DNA from: Candidatus Kapaibacterium sp. | GTDB lineage: Bacteria; Bacteroidota; Ignavibacteria; Kapaibacteriales; WFXC01 | Assembly: GCA_026996895.1 (NCBI GenBank) | Contig: JALWJX010000037.1 | Span: 1-61,113 of the forward strand | Reading direction: 5' to 3' | DNA: 61,113 nucleotides | In this document: positions 29,764-38,711 of the stretch, piece after piece | Numbering within the stretch: the first letter of the stretch is position 1 | Layout of the letters: each line of letters opens with the position of its first letter | The notes under the pieces: generated by a model | Seen by the model: only the letters and a program-made list of their open reading frames with translations | The model's database searches: none | What the model was told of the DNA's origin: nothing | Program-made: the position numbers and the translations under genes

Positions 29764-30659
29764 TTACTTTCCGCTCTATTTTTTTCCTCATTATCGGGAT
29801 CTGGAGTCTGTCCATTGCAGCGCTCCAGGCTCAACGATTACTGGACCGATTTGTACCCTACGTAATACAACCGCACAATGGGTCAACTGCTGGTAGCTTA
29901 CGTGGATGGGGAAGTTTTGAAGGATATCTTTTTCAAACTGATTCCCTTCACGGCTGGCGGCAAGTGATGGGAGCAATGGTCGATTTCTGGCGCCGCGATA
30001 CTACCTTGCTACTCAGCTTTGTGGCAACAATTGAATTCCACGCAAACTTTAACAACGACATTTTCTTTAATCCTCGAGCACAGTTTTGGGAAGAAGGAAT
30101 CGTATTGAGCTTTTACACTTCACGGTGGATTTTGCAAACGGGATACCTCCATCGATGCAAACACGACATCGACAATCTTGCGCTACAGCAGGAACGGGTG
30201 CTAATCTACGGCAGTTTCTTTGGTAACTGTTTCTATGAAGCTGTACCGAAAACAGATTCGACCGGAGTTTTGCTGGGACTTAGCTCCCATCTATTTGTTG
30301 TCCACGAAGATTACCGAGTACCTGCTGACCGCAGCCGTTTCGATCCCCGAATCTCTACATTGTTTAGCACAAACGTTCTATCATTACAAGCACGCTTGCC
30401 AATTTTTGGGAACACCATTGCTCTCCGTGCACATATACAGGCTGCCAGTTTTTCCCGGAGTGATCAATTCACTGAACGACTGCGTTACCCTCTTACTTGG
30501 CGATTTTCTTTCTACGGCGCCGTAGAATACTTTCTCAGCTCCATAGCCCGTTTCCGACTCAGCATTGAACGGCTACACGATACACTTATCCCGGCAATTC
30601 CAGAAAGCGCCATCCATATTCAACTGGGCATTAATTTCGTTCCACAAGCAATGTGGTAA
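29760..30659 (+). CDS. Hypothetical secreted / outer-membrane protein co-transcribed with rpoN
   Basis: 4-nt ATGA overlap with the rpoN stop. Signal peptide MITFRSIFFLIIGIWSLSIAALQAQ. Aromatic-rich beta-strand-like pattern with a C-terminal aromatic residue (..PQAMW). Confidence 0.55.
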   Translation: MITFRSIFFLIIGIWSLSIAALQAQRLLDRFVPYVIQPHNGSTAGSLRGWGSFEGYLFQTDSLHGWRQVMGAMVDFWRRDTTLLLSFVATIEFHANFNNDIFFNPRAQFWEEGIVLSFYTSRWILQTGYLHRCKHDIDNLALQQERVLIYGSFFGNCFYEAVPKTDSTGVLLGLSSHLFVVHEDYRVPADRSRFDPRISTLFSTNVLSLQARLPIFGNTIALRAHIQAASFSRSDQFTERLRYPLTWRFSFYGAVEYFLSSIARFRLSIERLHDTLIPAIPESAIHIQLGINFVPQAMW

Positions 30660-30692
30660 ACGTCCTTTGGCAACGGCTCAACTATCCCGGTA

Positions 30693-31349
30693 CTACGAAG
30701 CAGCGTGCATATCCAGGAATTCCTTGATTTCGTGTAACAGTTGCGCCGGCGTTTTGATCGGATATTGCAATTGCGACAACACTTCGCTGGCTTCATATCC
30801 CTTGATTTTTACCCCTTCAAGCGCCGGGAGCAGCAGATCAGCAGAGCGCAGCGGATATCGGATCCCTTTGCTCCGCTTGAGCACAATATACGCCCAGGGA
30901 GCATCGCACACTTTCACCGCTTCCATACCAGCAGATCGGGCTAATTCCATCAACAACTGTGACTCTTCGCCTTCTTTAACCAGTTTGTATGCCAACTTTG
31001 CGATACCCCCAGCCACGTGTACGTGCAGCTCCCGTTTTGCTTCTGCGGTCAGCTCATCGATATGCTCAATTTTGTACAATGCTAATTGAGGATCTGATCG
31101 TACGATAGACCGCACCGTGTTACGGGTTAGCCCTACCTGCCCTGCGATTTCCTCCTCCGTTCGCAAATATTCCTCTTTCAGTACGATCACATACGCTGCC
31201 CGAGCCAGGGAAGGCAGCCATGTTAGGGTCCGATACTCTGCCAGCTTCGTAATCCCACCCAGCAGATCGATGCTCTTCAGAAAAACTCTCCCCACCAGAT
31301 TTTCTACATCGACTTCATTGAGCACCGGCGTGGAAATCTGCACGACCAT
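30693..31349 (-). CDS. HTH-containing putative regulator, partner of the adjacent KaiC-like ATPase ('near-KaiC' type)
   Basis: 218 aa. HTH-like segment EEEIAGQVGLTRNTVRSIVRSD. Starts 3 nt after the ATPase gene stop. The family assignment is from memory. Confidence 0.5.
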   Translation of the reverse strand: MVVQISTPVLNEVDVENLVGRVFLKSIDLLGGITKLAEYRTLTWLPSLARAAYVIVLKEEYLRTEEEIAGQVGLTRNTVRSIVRSDPQLALYKIEHIDELTAEAKRELHVHVAGGIAKLAYKLVKEGEESQLLMELARSAGMEAVKVCDAPWAYIVLKRSKGIRYPLRSADLLLPALEGVKIKGYEASEVLSQLQYPIKTPAQLLHEIKEFLDMHAAS

Positions 31350-31352
31350 CGT

Positions 31353-32267
31353 TCACTCCTTTCCTTTGTTAAACAATTCACTCACTGGTTGTAAAACCCG
31401 GATCAAACCCGTATCGGTAATTTCCATCCAATAGGTACGAGTATCATGACCTGCCATTCGGCAACCATCGATGCGGAAAAGTCGCACAACTTCTCCGATG
31501 GCACGATGATAAATGCGGGCTGTATACTGAGAGCTTATCAATTCTTTTGCTAACACAATTGACCCATCGACAATGTGTCCGACAGCATAACCACCAGCGG
31601 CTTCCGCCGTTAGTTCTTCGTGCCCGCTCCGCTTTTGTGACACAAACAACGCTGTCTGGTGCCACCTTTTCATAAAATTGAACAGACGGCGAACGACTGC
31701 TCGCGCCATCATTTCCCGATATTCGTACAAGCCGGTCACTGAATCAATGATGGTATGGCGGACTTTGTAGGTTTTAATCACGTACGCCAGCGTTTCCAGA
31801 AGATTCGGCAATTCTTCTCTTAAGGCGGTATAGGAAGCCGCATCGATTAACACAATGCGATTTTCAAACGCCTGAAAATCCAGTCCCATTGCTGCCGCCC
31901 GCAGTTTAAGACCTGCAGCAACAAAAGGCGCTGGCGATTCAACCGTGATAAATGCTACCGGTTCTCCCCGGCTGGCTTGCTTACAGGCAAACTGCTCAAC
32001 AAAGAGTGATTTTCCCGTGTCGCTGACTCCTGTCAGATTCATCACTGCATACCGGGGAATGCCACCCAGCGATGCTTTATGAATCCGTCCTTCTTTCGCT
32101 TCAACCCTGAAGAAGAGATCATCTACCCCTTCTACCCCAGTTGGTACCCCCTCCAGAGGGGGTGCTTGCGCCAGCGCTGCTTCCGCTACAATGATACCTT
32201 CCTTGATCACTTCAGGTTTCGAATATCCCTCAGTCCCCGCTGCAACATTTTGTTGTTTCATCACCAT
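31353..32267 (-). CDS. Single-domain KaiC/RecA-superfamily ATPase
   Basis: 304 aa. Walker A GVSDTGKS, Walker B-like HTIIDSV. Layout resembles the KaiC-domain proteins of COG0467. The start overlaps the upstream lipoprotein stop (ATGGTGATGA). Confidence 0.7.
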   Translation of the reverse strand: MVMKQQNVAAGTEGYSKPEVIKEGIIVAEAALAQAPPLEGVPTGVEGVDDLFFRVEAKEGRIHKASLGGIPRYAVMNLTGVSDTGKSLFVEQFACKQASRGEPVAFITVESPAPFVAAGLKLRAAAMGLDFQAFENRIVLIDAASYTALREELPNLLETLAYVIKTYKVRHTIIDSVTGLYEYREMMARAVVRRLFNFMKRWHQTALFVSQKRSGHEELTAEAAGGYAVGHIVDGSIVLAKELISSQYTARIYHRAIGEVVRLFRIDGCRMAGHDTRTYWMEITDTGLIRVLQPVSELFNKGKE

Positions 32268-33106
32268 GTCCCCTCTCCGGTTGTTTGCTTGCTGACAACG
32301 TTGCTACCGTCCTGAACTGCATAACGGAGCAAATGCTGCACCTCACCTCCAAGAAAAGAGCGGCGGAAAGAACCGTCCGGTTGTACCATTCGAGCCCACA
32401 ACTCGTTGCGCGCCTGGACCACCCCAATACCCTGCGCGTACCAGTTATGCATTTGTAGATCCAGAGTCATCGGGATTCGCTGATCCAGCATTTCCAGAGT
32501 ACCAAAAAGCTGGACACGATAAAGAAAATGGAGTGCACGCACTGAACGCTCAGCAAATGTTACCGCTTCTTCACCCTGCCGCAGAGCGGTGACTGCCACC
32601 GAGTCGACGATGAAGTCAGCGTTTTTGCCCAAATCTACCGTATCGACCCAATGCTGACGCAGAATCTCCACTCGCCAGTCCGGCACCTGAAAATTTGCCA
32701 CCGGGATCCACTCCGGCAGCGGCAACTGGAGATCCTGCGATCGGTTCAACAAATGGCGACTATCGATCCAGAACGTCTCATCTTTCAGAGCAACCACAAA
32801 CGTGTCAACTCGAACTTGTTGTCCACTCGTGTCTGTCCAGAAAGACAACAGCGTAAAAGTTGGTCGCTCATCAACGATGGTGCGAGCTACTGTGACGGTG
32901 GAGTCGAAATACCGATAACCTGAAGCCACTATGTCGCCCGTTGAATCAATTTGCCGCGTATCAAAGATCCACCAGTTACCGACACTAAGCGGGATATATG
33001 GGAAGGATGAAGAGGCAGACGGAGTCGTTGCCTGTTCACACCCGGCAAAGAGCAATAGTGAAATCAACGCCACTATCCCTTTATAGTATCCCTGCAGCCT
33101 CATCAT
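32261..33106 (-). CDS. Hypothetical lipoprotein, first gene of the KaiC-like trio
   Basis: Track ORF runs to 33133. ATG 33106 gives MMRLQGYYKGIVALISLLLFAGC, with the lipobox LFAGC. No recognised domain. Confidence 0.6.
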   Translation of the reverse strand: MMRLQGYYKGIVALISLLLFAGCEQATTPSASSSFPYIPLSVGNWWIFDTRQIDSTGDIVASGYRYFDSTVTVARTIVDERPTFTLLSFWTDTSGQQVRVDTFVVALKDETFWIDSRHLLNRSQDLQLPLPEWIPVANFQVPDWRVEILRQHWVDTVDLGKNADFIVDSVAVTALRQGEEAVTFAERSVRALHFLYRVQLFGTLEMLDQRIPMTLDLQMHNWYAQGIGVVQARNELWARMVQPDGSFRRSFLGGEVQHLLRYAVQDGSNVVSKQTTGEGTW

Positions 33107-33180
33107 CACACTCTTGAGTTTGGTGCACCTCAAATTCTAAGTAAGCAGACGAAAAACAGGTTTCCTTATGTCTATCGATG

Positions 33181-33777
33181 TTACCGGGTTGTTTTGAGCA
33201 AATGCTGGAACTTTTCACGGAACTTCTGCACCTTCGGCTGAATCACCAATTGACAATAGGCTTGTTCCGGATGGCGGGCGAAATAATTTCGGTGGTATTC
33301 TTCGGCAGGATAGAACTTGCCCAACGGTTTGATTTCAGTCACAATAGGCTTTTCCCACAGGGGAGCCGCAAACGTTTCTCGCAATCGTTCAGCAACTGCC
33401 TGTTGCTGCAGCGTTTGATAGAGAATGATCGACCGATACTGCGATCCCACATCGTTGCCTTGCCGATTCGGTGTTGTTGGATCGTGAACGGTCCAGAAAA
33501 TCTTCAACAGGGTCTCATAAGAAATTTTCGCTGGATCAAAAACAATACGCACTACCTCAGCATGACCCGTCGTATCGCTGCACACCTGTTCATATGTCGG
33601 GTTTTCCACAAATCCCCCTGCATAGCCGGGCAGCACCTCTTCCACTCCGATCACCTGCTGAAAAATAGCTTCCATACACCAAAAACAGCCACCACCCACA
33701 ACGGCAGTATCCAGTGTTGTTTCCCCCATAGCGTTTTTCCCTATCAAACTCATCAATAAAAGAACCACCAAGCGCAT
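33181..33777 (-). CDS. msrA: Peptide-methionine (S)-S-oxide reductase, exported form
   Basis: GGGCFWCMEAIF active-site motif. Start at ATG 33777 (MRLVVLLLMSLIGKNAMG signal peptide), or at 33810 as in the track. Confidence 0.92.
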   Translation of the reverse strand: MRLVVLLLMSLIGKNAMGETTLDTAVVGGGCFWCMEAIFQQVIGVEEVLPGYAGGFVENPTYEQVCSDTTGHAEVVRIVFDPAKISYETLLKIFWTVHDPTTPNRQGNDVGSQYRSIILYQTLQQQAVAERLRETFAAPLWEKPIVTEIKPLGKFYPAEEYHRNYFARHPEQAYCQLVIQPKVQKFREKFQHLLKTTR

Positions 33778-33958
33778 TGTGATCTTCCTGAACGATACCT
33801 TCGCTGCCAAGAGCGATATCTCTGAGGCTTTCGTGCATACTTGTCCGCTTCTTCTCTCCGTCTACTGGTCTGAGCAGGCACCCTTGCCAGTAGGCGACGG
33901 TGTACTTCTATTTCCTTGGAAAGCTCGGAGAAATTGAGTAAATTCGTAGTATGCGTTA

Positions 33959-34534
33959 ATGAGGTCAACAAAAGCACTGACAGCAATGCAATCATCAGCT
34001 TCATTCGATGCTTCCGCTGTGACGGCAGAGTATCTCCAGAGTTTGGAGTACGACATCCGATCAACTGTGAATGGTCCCACCATTGCAGGAATTTACTGGA
34101 AACGCCTCCGTCCCATTGTTGATGGGCGGGGTGAACTGATCGAGCTCTGGAGCCAGCCATGGCTTCAAAACGAACCGCTGATCATTCCGCAGCATATTTA
34201 CCAATCTGCAACGGATTTTGGCGTTGTCAAAAGCTGGCATTTACACCAGCACCACACCGACCAGTTTGTCGTCACCCGGGGAAAACTCCAGGTGCTATGC
34301 GTTGATATTCGCCCTTCATCTTCAACGTTCCGGCAAGTCAATTCATTTATTCTGGGAACCAACCAGCCTTCACTGCTGGTCATTCCACCGGGAATTCTGC
34401 ACGGATGGAAAGCCCTTTCTTTTCCAGAAGTGCTGGTAATCAATCTCCAGTCGCATCCATACGATCCAGATGACGAGTTTCGTTTTCCGTGGGATTGCAT
34501 TCTCAAAGATTTGTGGGAACCACGATTTGGATAA
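33959..34534 (+). CDS. dTDP-4-dehydrorhamnose 3,5-epimerase-like cupin
   Basis: VDGRGELIELWS...SWHLHQHHTDQFVVTRGKLQVLCVDIR...PPGILHGW parallels RmlC-family motifs (D.RG.F.E, HxH, G.aHGf). The N-terminal ~30 aa are uncertain. Confidence 0.7.
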   Translation: MRSTKALTAMQSSASFDASAVTAEYLQSLEYDIRSTVNGPTIAGIYWKRLRPIVDGRGELIELWSQPWLQNEPLIIPQHIYQSATDFGVVKSWHLHQHHTDQFVVTRGKLQVLCVDIRPSSSTFRQVNSFILGTNQPSLLVIPPGILHGWKALSFPEVLVINLQSHPYDPDDEFRFPWDCILKDLWEPRFG

Positions 34535-35154
34535 TGATGAATAACACCAGGATTCGCGTAGCAATTTTTGCCTCCGGCAGTGGCACCAATGCGGAAGCGA
34601 TCATCCATCGCTCCCTCCAGAACGATGCAGCTTTTACCGTTGCCTGCGTTATTAGCAACCGCAAAGACGCTGGGGCGCTCAAACGCGCGGTACTGTTTAA
34701 CATTCCGGCTGAATACTGCAATCCAGCGGACTTTGCAACGGAAGCGCAATATGTGGAAGCACTCCAGCAACTACTGGATCAGTACGGAGTGCAAATGATC
34801 GTTTTAGCAGGATATTTGCGAAAAATCCCTCCCGCAATCATCGAACGCTACCGTGGGCGTATTTTCAACATCCATCCAGCACTGCTTCCAAAGTTTGGCG
34901 GGAAAGGAATGTACGGGCGCCGGGTCCATCAAGCAGTTCTTCAAGCAGGGGAAGCGGAAACAGGCATTACGATTCACGAAGTTACCGAAGAATACGACGC
35001 TGGTCCCATTCTACTTCAGAAGAGCATTCCTATCGACAAAGAAGACACGCCGGAGCGGCTGGAAATGCGGATTAAAGCAATTGAACATCAAATTTATCCT
35101 GAGTTCATCCAGAAAAAAGCGATGCAGTTCCAGAAGCTTCAAATGGTACAATGA
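34534..35154 (+). CDS. purN: Phosphoribosylglycinamide formyltransferase
   Basis: ATG 34534 overlaps the upstream stop (TAATG). Motifs IAIFASGSGTNAEAII, LAGYLRKIP and NIHPALLPKFGGKGMYG. Confidence 0.93.
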   Translation: MMNNTRIRVAIFASGSGTNAEAIIHRSLQNDAAFTVACVISNRKDAGALKRAVLFNIPAEYCNPADFATEAQYVEALQQLLDQYGVQMIVLAGYLRKIPPAIIERYRGRIFNIHPALLPKFGGKGMYGRRVHQAVLQAGEAETGITIHEVTEEYDAGPILLQKSIPIDKEDTPERLEMRIKAIEHQIYPEFIQKKAMQFQKLQMVQ

Positions 35155-36128
35155 CAACAGCACGATATACACTGGCTCTTCTCATCCTCGGGCTATGGAG
35201 CTGTGTGTCCCCTGTGGTGAGGCAAACCAAGCTGTCTCCCCTGTCGCCCCCTCCAGAAGACACAGTTATTGCCATAGCGTCCCCCACAACGACTGCTCTT
35301 GCAGCACTACCACCTTTAACAGCCGCATTGCCCTATGCTCCAGTTTTGCAAAAGCTCCAGCAGCGTGGCGTTCCTCAGGCGTTCATCCAGCTCCTTGCCA
35401 CCCATCCCAGGGTACGATTTGATGAGAAATTTACGCGGATTAACGTGCTGGGCACTTCCAGAAAGCCGGATTACTCTCATTTCTATAATGCACGATCGGT
35501 TAAACGGTGTCTGCAATTCTTAAAGGAGCATGACTCGCTCTTACGGGCAGTGGAACAGCAGTATCACGTACCGAAGGAGGTCATCGTTGCTATCCTGTAC
35601 GTAGAGACAAAACTGGGCAGCTACACGGGCAAACATCATATACCCAGCGTTTTTCTCTCTGTTGCAATGGCAGATGATTCTACGTACTTAGCCAAAAACC
35701 GGGAGCGGCTGCGTGCTCAATTTCAGGGATCACCGACTGAATTAGCAACTTTGGAACAAAAGTTAGTCAGGCGATCACGGCGCAAAGCCCAGTGGGCACT
35801 GCAAGAATTGGAAGCTCTGTCTCAACTCTACCTCCAGCGTGGTATCGATGTATTTTCCCTCTATGGCTCGTGGGCTGGCGCATTTGGCTATGCTCAATTT
35901 CTCCCATCCAGCTTTTTGCGTTGGGCAGTGGATGGGAACCAGGATGGACATATCGATCTGTTCTCCTTTCCGGATGCTACGCATAGCATCGCGGCATACC
36001 TGAAAGCGCACGGATGGGGAAAATCGGCTCGTCAGCAGCGGAAAGCGATTTACGCATACAACCATAGCCAGGACTATGTTACTGCTGTACAAACCTTAGC
36101 AAAAAAATTGAGCGATCGATATCCATAG
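35151..36128 (+). CDS. Lytic murein transglycosylase (MltB/SLT_2-like)
   Basis: Hydrophobic N-terminal signal/anchor-like segment (MTTARYTLALLILGLWSCVSP; lipoprotein processing not established). ILYVETKLGSYTG (catalytic Glu context) and GYAQFLPSSFLRWAVDGNQDGHIDL. 4-nt overlap with purN. Confidence 0.8.
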   Translation: MTTARYTLALLILGLWSCVSPVVRQTKLSPLSPPPEDTVIAIASPTTTALAALPPLTAALPYAPVLQKLQQRGVPQAFIQLLATHPRVRFDEKFTRINVLGTSRKPDYSHFYNARSVKRCLQFLKEHDSLLRAVEQQYHVPKEVIVAILYVETKLGSYTGKHHIPSVFLSVAMADDSTYLAKNRERLRAQFQGSPTELATLEQKLVRRSRRKAQWALQELEALSQLYLQRGIDVFSLYGSWAGAFGYAQFLPSSFLRWAVDGNQDGHIDLFSFPDATHSIAAYLKAHGWGKSARQQRKAIYAYNHSQDYVTAVQTLAKKLSDRYP

Positions 36129-36175
36129 CAATGTAACCGCTCAGTGGAATATTGTGTTTTTGGACGAGAATAGCA

Positions 36176-36751
36176 ATGGAAACGCCGGAGCAATATCGGT
36201 CGTTATCGGATGAAGAACTGTTTGAATTGCTGCGTGGGAACAATGATCTATCGGCTTTCGCAGTGCTCTATGAGCGGTATTCCCGAAATGTGTATACCTA
36301 CTGCTTGAAAATGCTGGGCAATAAAATGGAAGCAGAAGATTTGTATCAGGATATCTTCTTGCGAATGTATGACTACCGCCATTCTTTTCGTGGTGGCAAC
36401 TTTGCAAACTGGCTCTTCACTATTGCTCGGACGCAGTGTTTGAACCAGATTCGCCAGCGTAAACACACAGTAGATGAGACGATTTTAGAAGAGATGCGCT
36501 TTGCTGTTTCACCAACGTGGGAAGACTCCTTGCTGCTGCGAGAACAGATTGACCAAGCTCTTCAGCAATTACCAGAATCCTTTCGAGAAGTCATTATACT
36601 GCGTTTCTATCAAGATCTCAGCTTCGCTGAAATTGCAGAACGGCTGGGAATTAGCGTTTCCTTAGCCAAGGTGCGGAATTTTCGTGCACTTCAGATGTTA
36701 CGCAAGTTATTAGCCCCAATCTTAAAGGAGTACCGGTATGACAAGGGCTGA
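36176..36751 (+). CDS. ECF-type RNA polymerase sigma-70 family factor
   Basis: Region 2 (DLYQDIFLRMY...FANWLFTIARTQCLNQIR) and region 4 (REVIILRFYQDLSFAEIAERLGISVSLAKVRNFRAL). Confidence 0.9.
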   Translation: METPEQYRSLSDEELFELLRGNNDLSAFAVLYERYSRNVYTYCLKMLGNKMEAEDLYQDIFLRMYDYRHSFRGGNFANWLFTIARTQCLNQIRQRKHTVDETILEEMRFAVSPTWEDSLLLREQIDQALQQLPESFREVIILRFYQDLSFAEIAERLGISVSLAKVRNFRALQMLRKLLAPILKEYRYDKG

Positions 36752-37826
36752 GGAACTGCTGAACAAATTCCTTGCAGGTGAACTATCGCCGGAAGAGCAG
36801 CAGGAATTTGAGCACCTGCGTCAGAACTCTCCCGAATTTGCCCGGGAAGTCGAAGAGTATACACAGGTCATCAACCTGCTCGAGCAGGAAGCAGATGAAG
36901 CCAAACAGGAAGCAGAGCGGGCAGCAGTGATTCCTGATACCTACAAAAAGTTAGCAGCCATTATTGCGGCTGGCGTTGGTACCACTGCCCTTACCTCTTC
37001 GGTCGTGAGTTCTGGTGGATCTTCTGTGTTCGGTTCATTAATCACGTGGGTTACCACCAGCATTTTCGCTCTTACCATCAGTGCTCTTGTCGTCTGGAAC
37101 GCCTTTATCCGCCCCCACACCGTTGTGAAACCCCCATCGATCGCGAAACAGGATACGGTTGTCTCAGTATCGGATGTTACCGCTGCGGATACCCTGACTC
37201 TCATTGTGCCTCCCCCCGTCGATGCAACCAACGACGCTGTAACCGAAAAAGAGCCGCAGAAACAGGCGCAGCAGCACGTACCAAACCAGACACACACTCC
37301 TCCAGCAACGGGGACAGAACGTACGCAGTTATTAGCTCTGGCACCATCTGTAGATGTGACCAGTGAGCGAACGATCCAGCAGTACTATCGAACGCAATTG
37401 CAGCGCTATCAGCAACAACGCAATGACTCTGCTTATATCCGTACGGCTGTACAGTTGGCAGAATCGTACGTTTTGACCCGAGATTTCGTTCCAGCGTCTC
37501 AGTTGCTGGATCAGCTCCAACGCCAGTTTGCTACCCAACGAACGCCGGATACGGAGGCGCGCATCGAATTGCTCCGTAGCCAGATCGCTCGATACCGGAA
37601 GAACTTCGCTGAGGCGATGGATCATCTGGAGTCAGCCCTTCAGCACGTTCAGGACCCGAAGCTCCGTGCTCAGATTCTTGCCGAGCAAGCGTTCGTGCTG
37701 TATTTCATCGGAGATACCCGGGAAGCAGTAAAAGTAGCACACCAGGCACTGCAACTGCCGGGATTACCTCAACCAACGGCTCGCCAACTGCGCCAGCTAC
37801 TTCAGGCGCTTGCAGCACAACCGTAA
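36738..37826 (+). CDS. Putative anti-sigma factor (N-terminal anti-sigma helix, one TM segment, TPR-like C-terminus)
   Basis: 14-nt overlap with the ECF sigma gene. N-terminus is LLNKFLAGELSPEEQQEFEHLRQNSPEF. TM segment is FGSLITWVTTSIFALTISALVVW. Confidence 0.65.
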   Translation: MTRAEELLNKFLAGELSPEEQQEFEHLRQNSPEFAREVEEYTQVINLLEQEADEAKQEAERAAVIPDTYKKLAAIIAAGVGTTALTSSVVSSGGSSVFGSLITWVTTSIFALTISALVVWNAFIRPHTVVKPPSIAKQDTVVSVSDVTAADTLTLIVPPPVDATNDAVTEKEPQKQAQQHVPNQTHTPPATGTERTQLLALAPSVDVTSERTIQQYYRTQLQRYQQQRNDSAYIRTAVQLAESYVLTRDFVPASQLLDQLQRQFATQRTPDTEARIELLRSQIARYRKNFAEAMDHLESALQHVQDPKLRAQILAEQAFVLYFIGDTREAVKVAHQALQLPGLPQPTARQLRQLLQALAAQP

Positions 37827-38107
37827 AAACGCATTAGCAGGGTGAATTGCTACCGCTATCTCTGCACCTTAGGGTATTGCCAGATCATTGTGATTGATAA
37901 CTTACCTGTCTTTCCTGTGCATTTTGTGGAGAATATTCTCTCCCCTGGATTCCGCCAAAAACTCCTATTGTTGAAAAAACTCCATTTTCTGGATTTTCTC
38001 TGTGATCACCGGGGTACTGGCACCATTGTTGATCCATTATACTGTACCGCTGGCAGCGCCGCGGTCTTTGCAACAACAAAGTATAACAAGTGAAAGGGAA
38101 GGGAGCA

Positions 38108-38536
38108 ATGATGTTTCTTCGGGCGCAGGAGTTATTTAAAAACTCCATCGATCGATCATACGCCGTATTATCGCGCATCTCCCGCATCCTCCAAACGGGC
38201 AATCAAGTGCATCTCAGCGCTGTTTTCGTCCAGAATGTATTCGCCCTCTGGCGACAGTCCTTCGATCAATCTCAGGAACTTGCAGTTTTCCACAAATTAA
38301 CGCCGTTTTTCCAGTATCTATACACTGCTCCGCTGGAAAATCCGCCAAAGTCGCTCCGAATGTTTTTCGAGAACCTGCCACCGGAATTGCACATCACAAT
38401 GCCAACGTATGAGACTTTTTTGCTGAAGTTCCAGGAAGTTGAGAATACACTAATTGCTGCTTTCCAGTTAGACCGATCAATACTGCCGCAATTGCTACCG
38501 AAGGATACGTCGCTGAGCACAGACAAAGCTGCTTGA
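38108..38536 (+). CDS. Hypothetical protein (142 aa), no recognised domain
   Basis: The track ORF begins at GTG 38090. ATG 38108 is preceded by AGGGAG. The sequence is helical-looking (MMFLRAQELFKNSIDRSYAVLSRISRIL...). Confidence 0.5.
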   Translation: MMFLRAQELFKNSIDRSYAVLSRISRILQTGNQVHLSAVFVQNVFALWRQSFDQSQELAVFHKLTPFFQYLYTAPLENPPKSLRMFFENLPPELHITMPTYETFLLKFQEVENTLIAAFQLDRSILPQLLPKDTSLSTDKAA

Positions 38537-38711
38537 AAAACTGCCCTCTTGGAACACAGGGAGTGATTCGTGCCCACGGATGGGCAGAGAGGGCATATTT
38601 CAGAGGACGCAACAGCAGATCCACAGAAGTATGCTGGTAACGAAGCTTTCCTGAGGGGTGCTATCAACAGGGAAAAAAGTTTTCAAGGTAGAACGCCGCG
38701 TGCCGCCAGTT

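Noticed and set aside
33753-34160. 135-aa minus-strand ORF spanning the msrA / RmlC-like divergent spacer
   Set aside because: It overlaps both the msrA 5' end and the RmlC-like gene. It has no signal of its own and an implausible composition.
38028-38042. Sigma-54-like element TGGCAC-N5-TTGA upstream of the 38108 ORF
   Set aside because: The invariant -12 GC is replaced by GA, and the near-consensus -24 half alone is not sufficient.
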